A stretch of 64,000 bases of DNA from Rariglobus sp. (lineage in GTDB: Bacteria > Verrucomicrobiota > Verrucomicrobiia > Opitutales > Opitutaceae), in contig JBILBW010000001.1 in assembly GCA_044353465.1 (NCBI GenBank), forward strand, positions 20,494 through 84,493. Direction: 5' to 3'. Shown here piece after piece: positions 57,950 through 64,000 of the stretch. The notes beneath the pieces are model-generated. The model was not told the DNA's origin, ran no database searches, and saw only the letters and a list, made by a program, of their open reading frames with translations. The stretch's first letter is position 1, and the number at the start of each line of letters is the position of its first letter. The position numbers and the translations under genes were made by a program.

Positions 57950-58437
57950 CACGGCTCCGCCCGCGGGCGTCTTGCGGGGGCGCGCCGCGGGCGTCCTGCG
58001 GAGGGCGCGCCGCGGATGGGCCCGTGGGGCAGCAACTGGCGGGACGGTTTTTGGCTACAGGCTCGGCAAGCCCTCACTGGCCTCGGGGTGCAACCTTTCG
58101 CTCGAACCGGACTTCTTGCGCCGCTGGCGGCCCGGTTGGCTGGCGGCGGGGCGTTGCCGGGAGAGCTCACGCGCGGGGGGACCACGCTGGCATTGCGGCG
58201 GATTCGCCGGGGTGGGGGCAAAAACTGCCGCAGTCGCGATTGGCAGCGGATTCCTGCTTTAGGGCTCAACTCCGGAGCGCTTGTGCCGATTACCTTGTCG
58301 GGTCTCAGGTGTCCTGAACGCTCGTCGGCGCGAGGTTTTGCCAGCCCCGGGCAGTTTTTTCCTCCCGCCGGCTTTAGTCCGGTTAGGCCTCCTCCTCTGA
58401 TTTTTTAAAAATCTGGCAATACGGGTAGTTAGGGATG

Positions 58438-58453
58438 TGGCATTGGCTCTGCT
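58438..58453 (+). promoter_or_regulatory. Sigma-54 type -24/-12 promoter upstream of flgK (paralogue of the flgF promoter)
   Basis: TGGCATtggctCTGCT has GG at 58439-58440 and GC at 58451-58452, and is identical to the flgF element. Confidence 0.6.
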
Positions 58454-58570
58454 TAGTCCGTTGGCATGAACATCGGACTCCGCCAATTTACCGCCTGCAC
58501 CCTCGACGGACGGGCCCCCCTTTTACTGGCCGCGGGTTAATCGCATTCAACCCCTCGCCCCCCCAACCCG

Positions 58571-59980
58571 ATGTCCGGTCTATTCGCCACACTCAGTCAG
58601 TCATCCCAGTCCCTCCATGCCCAATCTGTGGGGATCGAGGTGGCCGGCCGGAATCTAGCGAACGTCAATAACGTGGATTACGCCCGCCAGCGGGTCGTCT
58701 TCGGCGACCGCGGCACGGTGCTGTTGCCTCAGGGGGCCCAGTCGCTCGGCATCGAGGCCAAGTCGATCCAGCAGCTCCGTGATGCTTTGATCGATCAACA
58801 GGTCGGCCGCGAACTTGCCTCCAAGGCCAGCCTTTCCGCCGAGAATGACGTTTACGCCAAAACCCAGTCCGCCTTGGGCGAGTCCATCGACCGGACCCAA
58901 TCCGCCACCTCGCCCGCAGCCGGCATGTCGGGTGTGGTCAGTGACTTTTTTAACGCGTTCAAGGCGTTTGCCGCCAGCCCCACCGACGTGGGCCAGCGCC
59001 AGCATCTCATTCAACAAGCGGAGATTCTCGTCGATCGCTTTAATTCAACCGATGCGCGCCTCGCGCAGGTGCAAACCGATGTCGGGACCAACATTGTCGC
59101 CGACGTCGACACGGTGAACAACCTGCTGGCCACCGTGGCCTCGCTCAATGCCCAGATTGGTGGCTTTGAGATCAACGCGCCGGGAACGGCCGTTGACCTG
59201 CGTGACCAACGCCAGGCGGCCATCGAGAAATTGGCCGGGCTGATCGGGGCCGAGACCGCAATCAACGCGACTCAGGCCGGCCAGTTGGATGTGTTTGTGC
59301 GCGACGCCAGTGGCACCGCGATCACGTTGGTTAGCTTGGCCACGGTGAGTAACCCGGTGAACTACATCGGTACCGGGTTGACCGCGGGTACGGCGGGCAC
59401 CCCGATCGCCCTAGCTTCGGGTTCGATCAACGGTTTTTTTACCGCCCGCGACGGAGCGGTCCAGACCCTGCGTGACAACCTCAACACTTACGCCGGCCAA
59501 ATCGGTTCCGCCGTCAACGCCGCTTACAACCCCACCAACACGTCCGGGGCGGATTTCTTTAGTTTCACCCCCGGAGCGGCCGCGTCCACCCTGAGCCTCG
59601 CTACCGGTCTGACCCCGGTCACCCTCAAGTCGTCCAACGGGGCCGCCGGCGACAATACCCTGGCTTCAGCGGTTGCCGCGCTGTCCGCACGGGTTTTTAG
59701 CACCACCTCGGGTGACAGCATCGATGGTACCTTCAGCCAATATTATGCGGGCGTGGTCAGTGACTTCGGCCGTACGGTGGCGGGCACCACCAACCGACTG
59801 GAGGATCAGAGTAATATCACCAAGCTGGTCAACCAGCAGCGGCAGAGCCTGAGTGGGGTTTCCATGGACGAGGAAATGGCCGACTTGCTCAAATACCAGC
59901 ACGCCTTTGAAGCCTCATCCAAAGTCATTTCCATTATCGACGGCCTGCTCGATATTGTCGTCAACCGCCTCGGCGCCTAA
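58571..59980 (+). CDS. flgK: Flagellar hook-associated protein 1 FlgK
   Basis: The N-terminus reads GLFATLSQSSQSLHAQSVGIEVAGRNLANVNNVDYARQ and the C-terminus MDEEMADLLKYQHAFEASSKV. Confidence 0.9.
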   Translation: MSGLFATLSQSSQSLHAQSVGIEVAGRNLANVNNVDYARQRVVFGDRGTVLLPQGAQSLGIEAKSIQQLRDALIDQQVGRELASKASLSAENDVYAKTQSALGESIDRTQSATSPAAGMSGVVSDFFNAFKAFAASPTDVGQRQHLIQQAEILVDRFNSTDARLAQVQTDVGTNIVADVDTVNNLLATVASLNAQIGGFEINAPGTAVDLRDQRQAAIEKLAGLIGAETAINATQAGQLDVFVRDASGTAITLVSLATVSNPVNYIGTGLTAGTAGTPIALASGSINGFFTARDGAVQTLRDNLNTYAGQIGSAVNAAYNPTNTSGADFFSFTPGAAASTLSLATGLTPVTLKSSNGAAGDNTLASAVAALSARVFSTTSGDSIDGTFSQYYAGVVSDFGRTVAGTTNRLEDQSNITKLVNQQRQSLSGVSMDEEMADLLKYQHAFEASSKVISIIDGLLDIVVNRLGA

Positions 59981-60019
59981 TCCGGCTTGGCCCAGCTCAC
60001 GTTCCGTTCCGCAAACGCT

Positions 60020-60916
60020 ATGAGAATTTCCACCGCCAGCACCTCCATCGCCATTCTCGCGCAACTGCAGAAGTTGAGTGGTCGCCAAGCCGAGTTGCAG
60101 AACCAAGTGGCCACCGGCCAGCGCATTTTCCAGCCCGGCGATGATCCCGCCGCAGTCGGCCGGGTGATTTCCGCGCAAATGGAGCGCAGTGCCGTCGCGC
60201 AATTTTCCCGCAACGCCGACACCGCCCTGTTCTACTCGCGAACCTCCTTTTCGGCCTTGGATCAGTTTAAAAAACTGTCCGACCGCGCGGGCGAACTCGG
60301 AGTGCTGGGCACCGGGAGCATCGGCACCGACGCGATGGCCGCCTACGGCGCCGAGGTCAACCAGTTGCTCGAGCAGGCCGCCACCGTTGGCAATACCCGC
60401 TCGCGCAACGACTACATCTTCGCCGGTACCGCCGTCACCACGCCACCCTACACGCTGACCCGGGACGCCTCTGGCAACATCACCTCGGTTGCGTATGCGG
60501 GCGATAGCAGCCAGATTTCCGTTCCCCTGGCTGACGGCACCTCCATCAAACCCACGACCGACTCGGCCACCAATTCCGGCCTGGCTGATTTCATGAACCA
60601 ACTGGTGGCCCTGCGCGACGCCCTGCAGTCCGGCAGCTCCGCTGGCGTGCAGGCCACCCGCCCCAATTTAGAAAGCTCCGAAAATCTCCTGGTGTCCTCG
60701 CTCAGTGAACACGGCGCGGTTCAACTGCGCATCGAAGTCGCCCAAACTCAGCACAAAGTCCGCGGAGACGAACTGGACCGCCAAATTTCCGCTGAAGCGG
60801 ATGCCGATCTGCCCTCCACGATTGTTAACCTCAACCAGACCACGCAGGCCTATGAAGCCGCCCTGTCCTCGTCAGCAACGTTAATGAAAATGTCGCTGCT
60901 CGATTACATCCGGTAA
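60020..60916 (+). CDS. flgL: Flagellar hook-associated protein 3 FlgL
   Basis: The start is at MRISTAST. The protein has flagellin-like N and C termini (NLNQTTQAYEAALSSSATLMKMSLLDYI). Confidence 0.85.
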   Translation: MRISTASTSIAILAQLQKLSGRQAELQNQVATGQRIFQPGDDPAAVGRVISAQMERSAVAQFSRNADTALFYSRTSFSALDQFKKLSDRAGELGVLGTGSIGTDAMAAYGAEVNQLLEQAATVGNTRSRNDYIFAGTAVTTPPYTLTRDASGNITSVAYAGDSSQISVPLADGTSIKPTTDSATNSGLADFMNQLVALRDALQSGSSAGVQATRPNLESSENLLVSSLSEHGAVQLRIEVAQTQHKVRGDELDRQISAEADADLPSTIVNLNQTTQAYEAALSSSATLMKMSLLDYIR

Positions 60917-60941
60917 CCCTATTTTTCGCATCCTACCCTCC

Positions 60942-61379
60942 ATGAAAGTCCTAGCCGAATCCCCCCAACTGCAAGACCTCGAGGCCCCCCCCACCCTGGA
61001 CCTCAGTTTCCCCAACGGCATCGTCGGCTTTCCCGAGCACCGCCGCGGGGAGATTTTTCACTTCGTCGACCAATTGCCGTTTCAGTGGCTGCGCCTGCAC
61101 GGGCCGACGCCGCTGCACTTCGTGGTCATCGACCCGGCCGGCTTGCTGCCCGATTACACCCCCGAGCTGTTTGATGACGACGCCAATGCACTGGGTATCA
61201 CCGAAGCGAGCGACGCCCTGTTATTCAACATTGTCACCGTCCGCGACCAGTCCTCTACTGCAACGGTCAATCTGGTCGGTCCCATTATCGTCAATCGACA
61301 CACTGGGGTTGCCCGCCAAGTTGTTGTCGCCAACCACGCGCTTTACAGCGCCCGCCATCCCCTCGTCACCGCCAGCTGA
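60942..61379 (+). CDS. fliW: Flagellar assembly factor FliW
   Basis: The 145-aa protein shows FPNGIVGFPEHRR...F.W and TVNLVGPIIVN, and lies immediately before csrA. Confidence 0.9.
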   Translation: MKVLAESPQLQDLEAPPTLDLSFPNGIVGFPEHRRGEIFHFVDQLPFQWLRLHGPTPLHFVVIDPAGLLPDYTPELFDDDANALGITEASDALLFNIVTVRDQSSTATVNLVGPIIVNRHTGVARQVVVANHALYSARHPLVTAS

Positions 61380-61385
61380 TCAGCC

Positions 61386-61649
61386 ATGCTTGTTCTTACT
61401 CGAAAGGTTAATGAAGCCATCGTCATCGGAGACAACATCGAGATCCGCATCACGCGGATCGACGGTGACACGGTGAAGATCGGCATCCAGGCCCCTCGCG
61501 AGATTTCGATCGTGCGCAAGGAGGTCCTCATCGACATCGCGGCAAGCAATCAAGCCGCCGCCGTCTCCCCGCCTGCCGCCGGCGGTGCCGGTTCGCGCAT
61601 GCCCTCGCTGCCCCGGTTGGTCACCCCGGCCCGTCCACCCAAGTCCTGA
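61386..61649 (+). CDS. csrA: Carbon storage regulator CsrA (with C-terminal extension)
   Basis: The sequence reads [47 protein letters not shown]. Confidence 0.95.
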   Translation: MLVLTRKVNEAIVIGDNIEIRITRIDGDTVKIGIQAPREISIVRKEVLIDIAASNQAAAVSPPAAGGAGSRMPSLPRLVTPARPPKS

Positions 61650-61669
61650 ATCTCGAATTTCTTATCCTC

Positions 61670-62548
61670 ATGTCCTCGATCAATACCAGCCAACAATCCC
61701 TGTTTCTCGCCGCCGGACTCGGCCGCCTGCAAACGCTGGCCGATGCCGCCTCTACCCGGGTTTCCTCCGGCCAACGCTTTGACCGCCCCTCCGCAGACGT
61801 GGGCGGGGTCGGCATGGCCGCTAAGCTCGACGGCCAGCAGGCCCGCCTGCGCGGGGTGGAAGTGAATCTGCAAAACGGCGTCAGCCGGATGCAGTCCACC
61901 GCCGGCCAACTGAGCACGATTACCCGGGTCCTCACCCGCATGAGCGAACTGTCCGCACTCGGGACCAATCCCACTCAGGATCTCGCCAGTCGTTCGCTCT
62001 ACCAAGTGGAGTTCACCCAGCTCCAAGATCAGCTCCGCCAGACCATCGGCGGCACGACCGCCCAAATCGGCGGCACGGCCGATGTGCTCAATCCGACCGG
62101 TTCCTTCAACGGCTCGCGCCTCTTTGGCCCCTCCACGGGCGAGACCCTTTCAATCGGGCTCCAAGCCGACGAAAAAATCACCCTGCCGTCGATGGATTTG
62201 AGTAGCGGTGCCGTCGGGGCGCTGATCCACCAAGACGCCTCCGGCGCCTACACCGCGACGATCGCCAGTGGCGGAATCGGGACCCTCCTCGGCGATGCGC
62301 TCAGCCAGAACGCGCTGGTGCTGGCCAATGTCGGCGCGGTGCAGAGCCGGGTCGATTTTTCCGCCAACGTGGCCTCCACCGCCAGCGCCAACCACGAGGC
62401 GGCGCTCTCGGTCATCCGCGACCCCAATGTGGCCGCCGAGGTCACGGCGATCTCCCGCCTCAAAATGCTCACCGAAGCCCATTCGGCGATGTTGGCCCAG
62501 TCGCGCGATTCCGGAGCCAAGTTGATCGGCTTGCTGTCCCGCAACTAA
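61670..62548 (+). CDS. fliC: Flagellin (short, 292 aa)
   Basis: The call rests on the flagellin N-domain (SSGQRFDRPSADVGGVGMAAKL...) and C-domain (VQSRVDFSANV...LKMLTEAHSAMLAQS). Confidence 0.9.
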   Translation: MSSINTSQQSLFLAAGLGRLQTLADAASTRVSSGQRFDRPSADVGGVGMAAKLDGQQARLRGVEVNLQNGVSRMQSTAGQLSTITRVLTRMSELSALGTNPTQDLASRSLYQVEFTQLQDQLRQTIGGTTAQIGGTADVLNPTGSFNGSRLFGPSTGETLSIGLQADEKITLPSMDLSSGAVGALIHQDASGAYTATIASGGIGTLLGDALSQNALVLANVGAVQSRVDFSANVASTASANHEAALSVIRDPNVAAEVTAISRLKMLTEAHSAMLAQSRDSGAKLIGLLSRN

Positions 62549-62580
62549 GCGGTTGGCCCAACCGTTGGGGCCTCAGTGCG

Positions 62581-62612
62581 GAGGCGGCGCGCAGGCGCCG
62601 CCTCTTTTTTTT
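62581..62612 (+). terminator. Rho-independent terminator after flagellin
   Basis: The stem gaggcggcgc (loop gcag) gcgccgcctc is followed by eight T. Confidence 0.85.
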
Positions 62613-62841
62613 GCGGGTTTGGGCGTTTTTTGGCCGCAGTTGGCCGGCGGGGGGGCACCAGGCTCGAACTTGGCGGGGTCCTGTTCGGGTTTAAGCTCAC
62701 CCGCTTTCGTGCCGATGCAGGGGGTAGTTTTTTTCATGTCCTCTCTGTTTCCATTGTTCTCCCCGGCCTGGGTGGAAGTTGTGCACAGGTTCATTGCCGT
62801 GACGGTCCGGGGCCTTGGTTTGGGCAACAGGGAGGGCCGGC

Positions 62842-64000
62842 ATGAGTGAGTCCCAGCCCTTGCCCTGCGCCTGCGCAGAACCGCCCGCTGGTCTCAGCGG
62901 TGACCAGGCACTGCTTGAGTCCATGGCCGCGGCGCTTGCGGGGGCGGGCGCCTTAATCGACGGCGCCGGGGTGGTGGTCGCCGCTACCGCTGAAGCCGGA
63001 GTGCGGGTGGGCCAGGACTTTTTGGCTGAGCGTGCGCCCGGCCTTGCCTCCGGTTTGCGCGAGCTGCTGGCGGGCCAGCGGGATGTGTTTACCGATAGCT
63101 TTATGCGCGCAGATCCGGCGGGCCCGCGGGCCATCCGGTTGCGTGCCTCGCGCTGGCGCACCCCGCACGCCGCCGGAGCGTTGTTGATCTTCACGGAGTG
63201 CCCCGGTGCAAGCGATGGGGGCGGATCAGCGCCGGAGTCCGAGCCGAGTCACACCCGGTTGAGCGAGGCGATTGCCCATGCCACCGAGATGGCTGCCCAA
63301 GCCACCGCCGCCAACCAGTCGAAGAGCCTGTTTTTGGCGAATATGAGCCACGAACTGCGCACCCCGATCAACGGGGTGATGGGGATGGTGGGGCTCTTGC
63401 TGGATACCCGGCTAGACGCCGAGCAGCGAGGCTTTGCCGAGACCGCCCGCACCAGCGGCGAAAACCTGCTGCAACTGGTTAATGACATCCTCGACTTTTC
63501 CAAGGTGGAGGCCGGCAAGGTGGAGTTGGAAACCCTCGAGTTTGATCTCGGTGAGCTGGTTGAGGAATCGATGGAGTTGTTGACCCTCCAGGCGCACGAG
63601 CGCGGCCTGGAATTGGCGGTGGTCATGGCGCCCGGCACCCCGCCGCGGTTGCGTGGCGACCCGGGACGGATTCGGCAAGTGTTGGTCAATTTGCTGGGCA
63701 ATGCGGTGAAGTTCACCGAGCGCGGCGAGGTGGTGGTCCGCGTCGGGTTGCGGTCCCACGACAACGGCCAGCCCTGGATCGGGATCTCGGTGACCGACAG
63801 CGGGGTGGGGATCGACCCGGAAAGGGCGGCTCACCTGTTTCAACCCTTCACCCAGGCGGACTCCTCGACCACGCGGCGTTTCGGGGGCACGGGATTGGGT
63901 TTGGCCATTTCGCGGCAATTGGCCGAATTGATGGGCGGGGAAATCACGCTGCAAAGCCGGCCGGGCGCTGGCAGCACCTTTACGCTCACCCTGCCGTTGC
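62842..64000 (+). CDS. Sensor histidine kinase, 3'-truncated by the window end
   Basis: ATG 62842 opens a frame that stays open to position 64000. It contains the H-box [16 protein letters not shown], the N-box [10 protein letters not shown]1 (DSGVGI) and G2 (GGTGLGLAI). It is absent from the ORF track because it has no stop within the window. Confidence 0.85.
   Translation, partial: MSESQPLPCACAEPPAGLSGDQALLESMAAALAGAGALIDGAGVVVAATAEAGVRVGQDFLAERAPGLASGLRELLAGQRDVFTDSFMRADPAGPRAIRLRASRWRTPHAAGALLIFTECPGASDGGGSAPESEPSHTRLSEAIAHATEMAAQATAANQSKSLFLANMSHELRTPINGVMGMVGLLLDTRLDAEQRGFAETARTSGENLLQLVNDILDFSKVEAGKVELETLEFDLGELVEESMELLTLQAHERGLELAVVMAPGTPPRLRGDPGRIRQVLVNLLGNAVKFTERGEVVVRVGLRSHDNGQPWIGISVTDSGVGIDPERAAHLFQPFTQADSSTTRRFGGTGLGLAISRQLAELMGGEITLQSRPGAGSTFTLTLPL

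Noticed and set aside
58238-58258. TGGCAGcggattccTGCTT could be an additional sigma-54 promoter.
   Set aside because: The GG to GC offset is 14 nt rather than 12, so it does not fit the -24/-12 geometry. The correctly spaced element at 58438-58453 lies downstream.
57243-58269. The track ORFs 57243..57935 (-), 57673..58269 (-), 57843..58262 (+) and others might be real genes in the flgN-flgK gap.
   Set aside because: They overlap one another on both strands, are Arg/Pro/Gly/Ala-rich with no motifs, and one overlaps the FlgN-like gene. I treat the interval as non-coding or decayed.
62573-62827. An 84-aa minus-strand ORF, with an internal MKKTTPCIGTK start, lies between the flagellin gene and the histidine kinase gene.
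   Set aside because: It runs through the flagellin terminator hairpin, shows no recognisable signal peptide or domain, and its composition is dominated by Pro/Lys/Gly from the GC-rich spacer.

Overview
GC-rich bacterial chromosomal window, gene-dense, with no rRNA, tRNA or CRISPR found. About two thirds is a flagellar/chemotaxis regulon in three blocks. Block 1 (960-28943) holds a minus-strand cheR-cheB-(receiver/HD-GYP)-cheD operon. It is divergent from a long plus-strand run: flgBC-fliEFGHIJ-(MotE/YlxF-like)-fliK-flgDE-fliLMNOPQR, one MCP gene, then flhBA-flhF-(small membrane ORF)-fliA-motAB. Block 2 (52613-57488) is flgF-flgG-flgA-flgH-flgI-(rod-binding FlgJ-like)-(FlgN-like). Block 3 (58571-62548) is flgK-flgL-fliW-csrA-flagellin. 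Housekeeping genes lie between them: proB, frr, pyrH, a PII-amtB-PII unit, thrS, cysS, hemB, mutS and an alpha/beta hydrolase. There are also several accessory or odd loci. A partial PAS-like sensor histidine kinase runs off the 3' end. The points I consider most worth follow-up: (1) Sequences matching the sigma-54 -24/-12 geometry sit almost directly on the start codons of flgB, flgF, flhB and amtB. One of these promoter cassettes is duplicated, together with the first five flgF codons, upstream of flgK. (2) A low-GC insert between cysS and hemB carries a nuclease/helicase N-lobe ORF and a 4x helicase-associated (HA) repeat ORF. The two overlap in the -1 frame across a canonical G_GGA_AAG slippery heptamer. 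(3) The FlhF homologue has every GTPase motif degenerate, and no flhG is present. (4) A perfect 21-bp palindrome occurs three times. (5) An AT-rich in-frame patch inside fliK resembles a sigma-70 promoter. (6) A four-helix-bundle gene is bracketed by arrays of short AGATCT/AAATTT palindromic words, and similar words occur in frame inside mutS. (7) A YkgJ-type gene is interrupted by an in-frame TAG. (8) A possible sigma-54-driven small RNA unit lies between two terminators upstream of flhB. (9) Pyrimidine-rich, Shine-Dalgarno-free contexts precede almost every start codon. All calls rest on reading the translated ORFs and the DNA by eye; no database search was possible. The taxon cannot be determined from this window. 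Proline/alanine-rich proteins and the overall style are reminiscent of Verrucomicrobia, but that is only a guess.
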